From NCBI GenBank assembly GCA_027001995.1, contig JALTLO010000199.1, positions 1 through 30,001 on the forward strand: a stretch of DNA of 30,001 nt, in the 5' to 3' direction. The translations under genes were made by a program, and so were the position numbers. Position 1 is the first letter of the stretch, and the number at the start of each line of letters is the position of its first letter. The DNA comes from Planctomycetota bacterium. Lineage in GTDB: Bacteria; Planctomycetota; GCA-002687715; DRQF01. The notes below the pieces were generated by a model. The model was given only the letters and a program-made list of their open reading frames with translations, was not told the DNA's origin and made no database searches. Shown here in pieces: positions 1-8,764 of this stretch.

Positions 1-2766
1 GTCGTAGCTGCCGCCACGGGAGACACGGTCCGCAGATGGCACAAGAAACCTTCGAATTCCCCGATCACTAGCCTCAGTTTCATAGCTGAAAATACCATCG
101 AAGCAACACTCCCAGACATTCCCAGTCATGTCGTGAAGACCAAAACTGTTAGCTTGATATGAGCCGACCGGGGCATGAATGGGATGCTCGTCCGTGTGTC
201 CCGCTTGTTGGTTGGAAAACCCAATGGCCTTGGTTTCAGAGCCACAGATGTTGGCATAGAGCCTCAGGTCTTCGACCTTCGACGTTCCCGAATACACCCC
301 AGTGGTTTGACCTGACCGAGCCCCACGTTCCCACTCGGCTTCGGTTGGCAACAAAAGCCCGATGCGAGGCAAATACTTCTGAGCATCCAACCAGGAGACC
401 CACTCGACTGGGTGCCTCAAGCTCACGGGCTCTCCGAAACGGGAATCATTTGCGCCGAAGCCTGGTCCGTAGCGGCTCGGATTATTTCCAAACGATCGTT
501 GCCACTGGCCTTGGGTCATCTCATATTTGGACAAGAAATAGGGTTGTAGGATTACTTTGTTAACTGGCCCTTCATTGGCTTGTTCATTTGGATCGTAGTT
601 GGGTTTCTCTGGGTCGGCACTTTGAGAACCCATCAGAAATGAACCACCGGGGATGAGCACCAAAATGACCCCTAGATCATCCGTTATCGCCACTCTGCCG
701 TCGTCGTCTCGTCGGGGCATCGTTCCCTTGTGCGTCAGGAAGTGCAAGAATTCTTCTAGGTGAGAGTCCGGGTCTGGCCCCAAGGGTATCAGGCCAAGTT
801 GAGCCTTAAGAATGAGGCCATTGTAGAGTTTGTTTTTCTTGATCCGCTCCCGGCAGAGGACCCAGGCATCGCTGAATTCCTCCATAGTCTTCTTTGCGAT
901 TTCTCTTGACGACTTCAACCGTGCCGCAATGGATTGAATGGCGCCTTGTTCATCGTTGGAGAAATATTCCAATTTGGTCACTAACTCTGAAATGATGTCG
1001 TGTTGCAACAGGAGAGCATCTTGGTCACCAAAGCCCCAGCTACGACGGCCAGCTATTGTTGTGGTTAGTTCTTGAAGACGGGTGTCCAGCTCTTTCCTGG
1101 TCGCTGCCAACTCATTCTTGGCTTTGTCGCCCTTGGCGGCCTTTACATTGGCGTCGATTTTCTTCAGAGCTTTTTTGATCTCCTCAAGGGCGGAGATTTC
1201 CTGTGCAAAGTCACGTTTTTGCTCCTCTTCCGTGTAGGGCAGAGCTTGGGCTCGAAGGGATTCTAAGAAATCTTTGTGACCTTGGAGTCGCGAGGCAATG
1301 GTGCCGTGAGTCTTCTGCCAAGCTAAGAGCTTGGGAATCAGTTCGGGAGAGGGAGGGTAGAGACGATTCGATTCGGCCTGAGCTTTCTCAAGCCGTTTCA
1401 CATCAGCCAGGCGCTCATAGTCTACCAATGCTGCGGTTTTTTGCTCTGATTCTGTTCGTACCAAGTCACGTGCAGTCTCCGCATCCTTCTGCGCTAACAA
1501 AGCTTGGCGTTGGGCGGTTCGAGCTTTATCCCGTTCACTCTTCGCTTCTGCTCCCTTCACATAGAACACTCCTGTCACAGATGCCAAGGCGACAAACACC
1601 GCCAAACTCAAGGTCGCCACCATAGGATTACGTTGCACCCAACGCCGAGCCTTCACAAAAGCACCAGCTGGCCGAGCTTTTACCGGTTCGTATTCTCGGA
1701 AACGCCGCAAGTCTTCGGCAAACTCAAGGGCTGTCGGGTAACGGCGATTTCTGTCCTTATCGATAGAGGTCAGAATGATGGCAGAAAGATCCTTCGGGAT
1801 CTTATTGTTGATCGAACGTGGGCTGGGTGGTTCTTGTTGAGAAATAGCTTGGTAAAGCTCTTGTCGGTTGCCACCAATAAAGGGCCTTCTCAAGGTGCAA
1901 GACTCAAAGAGACTTACCCCCAGAGAATAGATGTCCGTGCGTCGGTCAAGTTTCAAGCGGTGAGCCAAGAGCTGCTCCGGTGACATGTAAGCGGGCGTGC
2001 CCATCAAGTCACCGGATTGGGTCAGCGTCATCTGCTGAGAATCTTCGTCTTTGGCTAAACCAAAGTCCAACAAACAGGCGGTGCCGTCTTCCTTCACCAT
2101 CAAGTTAGCTGGCTTGATGTCACGATGAATAAGCCCGGCTTCATGGGCTGCGTGCAAAGCCCGGGCTGCGCTTTCAATATAGCGCACGGCGCTCAAGATG
2201 GCATCTCGGTCGGCGGATGAATTGGAATCCGATTGTGCGGTTTTCGACTTAGACTTAGACTTAGACTTAGATGCCCCCTCCCTATCTTCCGAAAACTCAA
2301 TGTGCACTTCCGTGACGGCGTGGCCGTCACTCATCCTTTGGCTCGTTTCATTGATGTGATCGGCCAAGTTTTTGCCCGTCACATATTCGAAGGCAATAAA
2401 AGCCAAACCTTTATGCTCGCCAATTTCGTAAACTCGAGCAATGCCAGAATGATCCAACTTCCCAGCCGCTTCCGCTTCTCGCTCAAAGCGAATCTTAGCG
2501 GCGGTGGACATAAGGCCAGATTCTAACAACACTTTTAGTGCCACCTGCCGATGAAGATTCATATCCTCAGCCAAATAGACGTAACCCTGGCCACCATGTC
2601 CAAGTTCTTTCAAGAGCTTGTAATGGCCAATCATCTTTCCACCCAAGCCCATACTCAACCCAACAGGTTCAGGATGAACCGTGGCATTCGAGTCATTAGG
2701 TTTTCCAGCCTTGCTGGTCTCTTGCCCACCACCCATAGGTGTGGTGTTTTCGTCATCGATGCTCAT
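1..2766 (-). CDS. Membrane Ser/Thr protein kinase fused to a C-terminal FGE-sulfatase (SUMF1/EgtB/PvdO) domain; 3' end lies outside the window
   Basis: Manual translation from ATG 2766 stays open to base 1 (922 codons). Kinase motifs: ELGHGGQGYVY, VALK, RFEREA, HRDIKPAN, DFGLAK, GTPAYMSPEQ, DIYSLG. TM segment VATLSLAVFVALASVTGVFY (~1561-1620), then a coiled region. FGE motifs: IPGGSFLMGS, KYEMTQGQW, HPVEWVSW, LPTEAEWE, NSFGLHDMTGNVWE, RVSRGGSY. Confidence 0.93.
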   Translation of the reverse strand, partial: MSIDDENTTPMGGGQETSKAGKPNDSNATVHPEPVGLSMGLGGKMIGHYKLLKELGHGGQGYVYLAEDMNLHRQVALKVLLESGLMSTAAKIRFEREAEAAGKLDHSGIARVYEIGEHKGLAFIAFEYVTGKNLADHINETSQRMSDGHAVTEVHIEFSEDREGASKSKSKSKSKTAQSDSNSSADRDAILSAVRYIESAARALHAAHEAGLIHRDIKPANLMVKEDGTACLLDFGLAKDEDSQQMTLTQSGDLMGTPAYMSPEQLLAHRLKLDRRTDIYSLGVSLFESCTLRRPFIGGNRQELYQAISQQEPPSPRSINNKIPKDLSAIILTSIDKDRNRRYPTALEFAEDLRRFREYEPVKARPAGAFVKARRWVQRNPMVATLSLAVFVALASVTGVFYVKGAEAKSERDKARTAQRQALLAQKDAETARDLVRTESEQKTAALVDYERLADVKRLEKAQAESNRLYPPSPELIPKLLAWQKTHGTIASRLQGHKDFLESLRAQALPYTEEEQKRDFAQEISALEEIKKALKKIDANVKAAKGDKAKNELAATRKELDTRLQELTTTIAGRRSWGFGDQDALLLQHDIISELVTKLEYFSNDEQGAIQSIAARLKSSREIAKKTMEEFSDAWVLCRERIKKNKLYNGLILKAQLGLIPLGPDPDSHLEEFLHFLTHKGTMPRRDDDGRVAITDDLGVILVLIPGGSFLMGSQSADPEKPNYDPNEQANEGPVNKVILQPYFLSKYEMTQGQWQRSFGNNPSRYGPGFGANDSRFGEPVSLRHPVEWVSWLDAQKYLPRIGLLLPTEAEWERGARSGQTTGVYSGTSKVEDLRLYANICGSETKAIGFSNQQAGHTDEHPIHAPVGSYQANSFGLHDMTGNVWECCFDGIFSYETEASDRGIRRFLVPSADRVSRGGSYD
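2246..2271. repeat. (GACTTA)4 hexanucleotide tandem repeat encoding a Ser-Lys run inside the kinase domain
   Basis: gactta gactta gactta gactta ga read directly; the minus strand encodes SKSKSKSKSK. Confidence 0.9.
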
Positions 2767-3043
2767 AGGTCTTTCTCTGCTTCTATATGAGCCCCATTAA
2801 ACAACTAAACACAGGGAATGACAAGAGCCAGACAACCATTCACTGCTGCCAAATAGGCACCAAGAAATGCGCAAGAGACTCTGTTGCAAAGGTATTCAAA
2901 CTGCCCGCTTCTGTCCCCCCATAAACATGATGACACTGATTTAGGTTTAGCTCGCTAACCGGAAGAATCACATGAGTATCGCCCCCAAGTCTCAAGACGA
3001 AATCCCAGCCGCTCACCTGCGTTTTGGCCTTGATGCCCAGTAG

Positions 3044-4030
3044 TTGGAAGGGACTCTTTTGCTTCATAATCGCAGCAGCGATGTGGCCCGCACTTTGATC
3101 ACCGTGGGCGCAGCTTTGCAGGAACTGCCGCTTATTGATGAAGCATTTCGCCAAAGCAACATCTCTTGGTCGAAGGCGCGTTTGTTGGTGAAGATTGCCA
3201 CGCCAGAAAACGAAGAGGCTTGGTTAGAGAGAGCAGGAGTAGTTTCTTGTGAGCGCTTGGGACTGGAATTTCGGGGCTCAGAAGAAGGAAGACCACCTAG
3301 AGAGGATGGCAAGGGTGTGCTCACGGTTAAGTTCCCGTTTTTTACCAAGCTTGCGCCTTTGGGTCATGATTTTTTGGAGTAAGCTCGCAAGAAACTTCAT
3401 GAGGGGGCTGGCGGAGATCTGGATGATTGTGACTTCTTGCAATTCTTGGCAGAGAGGTACTTGCGACAAGGAGAGCAAAAGACCGCCGGAGTTTCTCTTT
3501 TTCAAGTGAAAGCTAGCCATTGCGCAGAATGCAAGCAGTCTCACTTGGCAACAGAAGACGGCCTATTGCTTTGACTCGAGAGGAAAGCGCGATCGTACTC
3601 TGTGATGGTGAAGTCGTTGGGTCAAAGAACTCTTCACCAACACCGCCCCGCACCACGCGTCGTGTCTTAGCTCGGGATGGTCACCGCTGTGTTCACTACC
3701 AAGGAAGCCGAAACCTTCACGTCTACCACATCATTTTTCGAGAAAACGGTGAGAGTCATGATCTCCGAAATTTGCCTAACGTCTGCGCCCGCTGTCATGG
3801 AATGATCCATAATGGCCTCCTCAAAATCTCCGGCATTGCTCCCTTTGACTTGGTGGTCACTGGTCGTTCGGGACGATCTTTGGAGGGCGAAAAAGCCCTA
3901 TGTAGGACCGAAAATTCACATGGAACCGCTCAAAGTTGGCCCACTTTCGACCGCTCCTGCGAAGGGGAAGAAGTTAGATGAGACTATGGACCAAGGGGAA
4001 ATCTGTGTCGGGGGGCACTACCCATCCTAA
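3044..4030 (+). pseudogene. Degraded DUF222 (13E12-repeat-like) / HNH endonuclease gene
   Basis: DUF222-like segment LQELPLIDEAF..ISWSKARLL..ATPENEEAWL. In-frame TAA at 3380-3382, after which the frame continues ARKKLHE...HCAEC...EDG. Frameshift near 3562. HNH part RRVLARDGHRCVHYQG..NLHVYHII..NVCARCHGMIH. The 5' end appears truncated. Confidence 0.8.
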
Positions 4031-4136
4031 TCTCATGCCCAAGCCATTCTTGGATCGTTCTGTCTTGCAGGAAGAACTTTTGGCCCACGTCACCATTAAG
4101 CCCTTACCGGCTGCTACCAGTAGACATCAGGCTGGG

Positions 4137-5024
4137 TCATAGGGGGAGTTCAGACAGGACTTTTTTCACGTCTTTTGGCTGATAGAAGTCCCAGAAAGCA
4201 CCAGAAGACGCTAATAGTCGTTCTCCTGCCTCATTCATGGCCACAGCGTCATAGACCTTGCTTTTGTTGCGGCTTTGAAGAGGTGCGGACAGAGTCTTGG
4301 CACTGGGGACCACAACAGAAAGGGCTTGGCCTTGGGTGGCGATGACATCCTCGTATCGAATAATGGATGTTGATGGCAAGTAGGTCTTGTATTGGTGGAA
4401 GAACCAAGCAAGAAGGTGGACTTGCCGATCTAAGGTGTCGTTGATGGCTGCCAATTCTTTCTTGAGTTTGGGGTCCACAGCTTCTGCCGCAGGGGCATGT
4501 CCTTCCCTTACGCCAAAGGGCATGGTCATCCATGACCCCAAGACCGATATCGGATTGCGGACCACAGCGAAGACCTGAAATTCCTTCACCAGTTTCGGAA
4601 GCAACCCACTGAAGACCGCGGGGTGCTTGATGACCAAATAAGTCTTGTCAGTGAATTCGCCAGGGATTTCGATTTCGCCCCGGCTTACATCGAGTTTTCG
4701 TTTGCCTGAGTTGTCTCCTGCTTCAACAACTGGGTTATCTGGCACTTTGCCATCTCGGTGGATGGAGATGGCCCGCCCTTTTTTCTCGATGAGAATACGG
4801 TTTTCGTGGAGGAAGGTGTGGATTTGCTGTATCTGCTTGGGGCCATCTGTTTCGGCCATTAAATCGCGCACTTCCATTGGTTCGTGAAGGGCGACGCAGT
4901 CGTTCAGACCATTCAGGAGGTGGCAAGAGAGGGTTGTTCCGGAGCGTGGGACTCCGGTGATGAGCAGGTTCTTGCTGAGGTCGACCTTTGGTTTTCGAAA
5001 GCGGCTAAAGAATTTCATCGCCAT
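4137..5024 (-). CDS. Sulfotransferase-family (PAPS-dependent, P-loop-like) protein
   Basis: 5'-PSB motif LLITGVPRSGTTL, ALHEP, IKHP, 3'-PB-like VVRNPISVLGS, IIRYED. ATG 5024 (or 5018) follows the upstream stop at 5026. Confidence 0.8.
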   Translation of the reverse strand: MAMKFFSRFRKPKVDLSKNLLITGVPRSGTTLSCHLLNGLNDCVALHEPMEVRDLMAETDGPKQIQQIHTFLHENRILIEKKGRAISIHRDGKVPDNPVVEAGDNSGKRKLDVSRGEIEIPGEFTDKTYLVIKHPAVFSGLLPKLVKEFQVFAVVRNPISVLGSWMTMPFGVREGHAPAAEAVDPKLKKELAAINDTLDRQVHLLAWFFHQYKTYLPSTSIIRYEDVIATQGQALSVVVPSAKTLSAPLQSRNKSKVYDAVAMNEAGERLLASSGAFWDFYQPKDVKKVLSELPL

Positions 5025-5025
5025 G

Positions 5026-5778
5026 CTATTTCTTGTCTTCCCAGTCGGCGTTGCAAGCTTCGGCCAGGAGGCGTTTGAATTCACCTTGGCGATGTAGCTT
5101 TTTGATCAAGTTGTGAGCGCCATCGTCAAACCAGTGGATTTCTGTGTTGGCCTTGTCTGCCAGTCGACTGACGTGAGCATGATCGGCAGGATGGGAACGG
5201 TCGGCGAATAGTTGGGCTTTTCCCCAACCTGGTGGGGAGAGGAATTTCTTGAGGTCCAGGGAGTTAGGCAGAGATGCACCACTCTTCCATAGATTGCGGA
5301 ATTGTTCTTTAGCGCGTTTTTCTTTGATCCGCCAAACCAACCAACGGCTGAGGCATGTTTGGGGGGCGAACGCCAAAACTTCGTCGGCTTTGGCCAAGGA
5401 ACCCACAGTCAATGCGGCGTAGCCACCCATGGAATTACCAACGCAGACCAACCGTTTGGCACCACTTTCCTCCTTGAGCTTGATGACAGCCTTGGCCACA
5501 TCGCCAATGCCATGGCCAACGCCTGGGAGGTCACCGTGATACCAAGTCTGAGAAACGTCACGGAAGAACGCTAGCTTCGCTGGTAGCTTGCGAACAATGC
5601 GGTAAAAATCAAAGGGGGGCATGGCGATACCTTGTGACAGGCCACCAAATGTGACCAGGAGAGTCTCTCCTGGCCGGTCAGTCTCAGTTTTTACTGCAAG
5701 CTCGCCGCCAAATAGGGCGCGCTTATCGTCGGGGTTGGGCATATTCGGTTGATCCATCAACATCAGGGCAGCTGCCAT
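5026..5778 (-). CDS. Alpha/beta hydrolase fold protein
   Basis: LLVTFGG, nucleophile elbow GNSMGG, AFAPQT, D..H and C-terminal GAH. Start uncertain (5778 to 5742). Confidence 0.78.
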   Translation of the reverse strand: MAAALMLMDQPNMPNPDDKRALFGGELAVKTETDRPGETLLVTFGGLSQGIAMPPFDFYRIVRKLPAKLAFFRDVSQTWYHGDLPGVGHGIGDVAKAVIKLKEESGAKRLVCVGNSMGGYAALTVGSLAKADEVLAFAPQTCLSRWLVWRIKEKRAKEQFRNLWKSGASLPNSLDLKKFLSPPGWGKAQLFADRSHPADHAHVSRLADKANTEIHWFDDGAHNLIKKLHRQGEFKRLLAEACNADWEDKK

Positions 5779-5779
5779 A

Positions 5780-5809
5780 TTGACAAGACTCTATAGTCTC
5801 GCCTATGAA
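5780..5809 (+). promoter_or_regulatory. Putative sigma70 promoter with an inverted repeat in the spacer
   Basis: TTGACA (5780-5785), 18 nt, TATGAA (5804-5809). The spacer contains AGACT-CTAT-AGTCT. Confidence 0.35.
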
Positions 5810-5929
5810 CGTAACTATCCAAAGAGTACAGCAGCGAGGCCGCCGCTTCAATCGTGGTGATTTATGCAGCGAATGAATATGCATGAATCGGGATCGATGG
5901 AAAGAGCTAAGAGAACAAAGGGCAAGAAC

Positions 5930-7078
5930 ATGCCGAAGAAAACCTGTCGTGTTGGCCTGATTGGAACGCGTTTCATGGGGAAAGCCCATGCCAACGCTTT
6001 TGGCCAGGCGCCGCGATTCTTTGACTTACCCCAGGATGTGAAGTTGTTGAGCGTGGCGGGGAAGGACGTGGAAAAGACCCGTTCTTTCGCTCACCGTTGG
6101 AATATTGAGCGTCCCATGAAGCGTTGGGAAGACCTCATTGGGGATCCGGACATCGATTTGGTGGACATTGCCACACCCAACTTCCTCCATCGTGCACCTG
6201 CTTTGGCGGCTTTGGCGGCAGGAAAGCATGTGGTCTGCGAAAAGCCCTTGGCTCCCAACTTGGCGGAAGCCCGCCAGATGAAAGATGCGGCTCGTAAGAG
6301 TAAGGGGCAGACATTTGTCTGGTTCAACTATCGGCGCTGCCCCGCAGTGGCTTTCGCCCATAAATTGGTGGCAAGCGGGCGTTTGGGGGCGATTCGTCAC
6401 ATCCGGGCCCACTACCTACAGAGTTGGGCTGGCCCGAAAACACCGCTTCTGTGGCGTTTTAAGAAAAAGCTCGCGGGCTCCGGTGCTCATGGGGATCTCA
6501 ATGCCCACATTGTCGACATGGCGCGCTTTGTTTCTGGAGATGAGGTCAAAGTCGTTCATGGTGCCATCGCCAAGACCTTCATCAAAGAGCGAGAAATCCC
6601 CGGCAGCAAGAAAATGGGGCGCTCCAATGTCGACGACTCGTTCTTGTTTATGGCTGAAATGAAAAATGGTGCCACCGCTTCTTTTGAAGCCAGCCGGCTG
6701 GCTCATGGGCACCTGAATGACAACCATTTTGAAATCAATGGCCAGCTGGGATCCTTGCGATTCTCTTTTGAAGACATGAATGTCTTGGAGATCTTTGACG
6801 CCCGCGACAAAAAAAATGTGGCGGGCTGGCGCCGTGTGCTTTGTACTGATCCTCAAGAACATCCATGGTTTGATGCTTGGTGGCCAGACGCTCATCTTCT
6901 GGGTTATGAACATGGATTTACCAATCAGGTAGCGGATATGATGATGGCTCTTGCTGGCAAGAAGCCGGTTGTCCCGTTGCCGAATTTTGATGACGCCTAC
7001 CAGACGCAGCGTGTGTTAGAGGCGGCAATGGCATCAGCGGCCCAAGGATGTCGCGTCAAGATGAGTGAAATCAAGTAG
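5930..7078 (+). CDS. Gfo/Idh/MocA family NAD(P)-dependent oxidoreductase
   Basis: [61 protein letters not shown] 5930 chosen because the domain starts there. Confidence 0.92.
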   Translation: MPKKTCRVGLIGTRFMGKAHANAFGQAPRFFDLPQDVKLLSVAGKDVEKTRSFAHRWNIERPMKRWEDLIGDPDIDLVDIATPNFLHRAPALAALAAGKHVVCEKPLAPNLAEARQMKDAARKSKGQTFVWFNYRRCPAVAFAHKLVASGRLGAIRHIRAHYLQSWAGPKTPLLWRFKKKLAGSGAHGDLNAHIVDMARFVSGDEVKVVHGAIAKTFIKEREIPGSKKMGRSNVDDSFLFMAEMKNGATASFEASRLAHGHLNDNHFEINGQLGSLRFSFEDMNVLEIFDARDKKNVAGWRRVLCTDPQEHPWFDAWWPDAHLLGYEHGFTNQVADMMMALAGKKPVVPLPNFDDAYQTQRVLEAAMASAAQGCRVKMSEIK

Positions 7079-7137
7079 TCTATTTCGGTGGATTTCTTAG
7101 CCGGAATTGCAAACAGTCGACGAAATGGGCATGGGGG

Positions 7138-8166
7138 ATGAAGCAAATGAGACCTTGTACTTTGTTCACAGGCCAATGGGCCGATCTGCCCTTGGAAGTC
7201 GTGGCTGAGAAAGCTCAGGGCTTTGGCTATGACGGTCTTGAGCTGGCGTGTTGGGGGGATCATTTTGATGTCGGCCGAGCGTTGTCGGATCCTGACTACG
7301 TCGCTTCCCGCTGGGAGATACTCAGCCGGTTTGGCCTCAAAGCATTCGCCATCAGTAATCATTTAGTGGGACAAGCTGTATGTGATCGTATTGATGGGCG
7401 GCACAAAGAGATATTACCACCAGAAATCTGGGGTGACGGGAATCCGGTTGAAGTGAACAAACGTGCGGCGGAGCACATGGCCAATACCGCCCGAGCTGCT
7501 CGCAAGTTCTTCGATGGAGACCCGGATGGGTTTTCAGGCAGGCGGGTTGTCAATGGTTTTACTGGATCGAGTATCTGGCCTTATCTCTATTCTTTCCCAC
7601 CAAACTTGCCAGGGCAGATCGAAGGCGGCTTTGCGGATTTTGCTCGAAGATGGCGTCCTATCTTGGACGTTTTTGAGGAAGAGGAGGTGGATTTCGCCCT
7701 CGAAGTGCATCCAACAGAAATCGCATTCGACATTGTCACCACTCGGCAGGCGCTGGTGGCCATCGGGGAGCACAAACGATTCGGATTCAATTTTGATCCA
7801 TCGCATTTTGCTTACCAGGGTGTGGACTATCTGAGGTTCTTGGATGAATTCCAAAAACGGATTTTCCATGTTCATGTGAAAGATGTTTGGTGGGCTGATC
7901 ACCCCCATGTTTCTGGCACGTTTGGGGGCCACATTGAATTTGGCGAAGGGAATCGCCAATGGGACTTTCGATCTCCAGGTCGAGGTCGTGTGGATTTTGA
8001 GGCGATTTATCGGCAGCTTGTCTTCATTGGCTATGATGGTCCTCTGTCAGTGGAGTGGGAAGACGCCATGATGGACCGGGAATTTGGCGCTCAAGAGGCT
8101 TGTGAATTTGTTCGTAGGCTTCAATTCCCGCGGTCGCACCGGACCTTTTATGGCCCGACGGATTAG
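7138..8166 (+). CDS. Sugar phosphate isomerase/epimerase (xylose isomerase-like TIM barrel, IolE/MocC-like)
   Basis: [57 protein letters not shown]. Confidence 0.9.
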   Translation: MKQMRPCTLFTGQWADLPLEVVAEKAQGFGYDGLELACWGDHFDVGRALSDPDYVASRWEILSRFGLKAFAISNHLVGQAVCDRIDGRHKEILPPEIWGDGNPVEVNKRAAEHMANTARAARKFFDGDPDGFSGRRVVNGFTGSSIWPYLYSFPPNLPGQIEGGFADFARRWRPILDVFEEEEVDFALEVHPTEIAFDIVTTRQALVAIGEHKRFGFNFDPSHFAYQGVDYLRFLDEFQKRIFHVHVKDVWWADHPHVSGTFGGHIEFGEGNRQWDFRSPGRGRVDFEAIYRQLVFIGYDGPLSVEWEDAMMDREFGAQEACEFVRRLQFPRSHRTFYGPTD

Positions 8167-8183
8167 ACTCAACGTAGCTCTAC

Positions 8184-8645
8184 TCATGAGTTCTTGGACG
8201 TTGGGCTCGAATCGGGCCAGACGTAGTGATCGTCCTCATCAATGGGGACTTCGAACTGAACGCTCTCCACGGTGCCGTTTCTAGACCAGAAGGTCATGTC
8301 CCAGTCTTCACAATAGACGACGCCGTCCTGAACTTCTTCTTCTGCCCATGGCGTGCGCTTCTTTTCGAAGAGTCGTCGCAATTTGGGGCGGCTGAACCCA
8401 ATGACGTTGGCGGACATAAGGAGGGCCTTGGGGGAGCTCACCTCGATTCTTGTCAGCCGCCAATCGCATTCCATTTCGAAATGATAAGACACACCCTGTT
8501 GCCAGAAATACCAAGAGACGGTTTGTTCGCCCTCGCCGTGGTCTTCGGTCTTGATCTCTTCCGCTTCGCCGATGAGCTTCATGACGTCGTCGCGACTCAT
8601 GCCAAAGACAACCTCGTCGAGACCGATTCCAGGTTTGATTCGCAT
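8184..8645 (-). CDS. Hypothetical acidic protein
   Basis: 153-aa ORF with ATG and an upstream GAGGG. IKPGIGLDEVVFGMSRDDV..LIG resembles a SmpA/BLIP-like small fold. Confidence 0.7.
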   Translation of the reverse strand: MRIKPGIGLDEVVFGMSRDDVMKLIGEAEEIKTEDHGEGEQTVSWYFWQQGVSYHFEMECDWRLTRIEVSSPKALLMSANVIGFSRPKLRRLFEKKRTPWAEEEVQDGVVYCEDWDMTFWSRNGTVESVQFEVPIDEDDHYVWPDSSPTSKNS

Positions 8646-8764
8646 TTTGCCGCCCTCAGTTCAGATAGTTCATTTCCTCAGATAAACTAATGAAATGCTC
8701 CCCAATCCCAAGGGCTTCAGATGCATTCCCTTTTTCTTGCCAAAGGGAGCCCCAGCTCTCAGAT

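Noticed and set aside
159..2790. Plus-strand ORFs of 64-159 aa
   Set aside because: Antisense shadows of the kinase-FGE gene, which has full motifs on the minus strand.
2840..3154. 104-aa minus-strand ORF
   Set aside because: No recognisable motif, and it overlaps the DUF222 relic on the opposite strand.
3380..3575. Programmed readthrough or frameshift in the HNH gene
   Set aside because: Several independent lesions plus substituted metal ligands point to decay; no slippery site near 3562.
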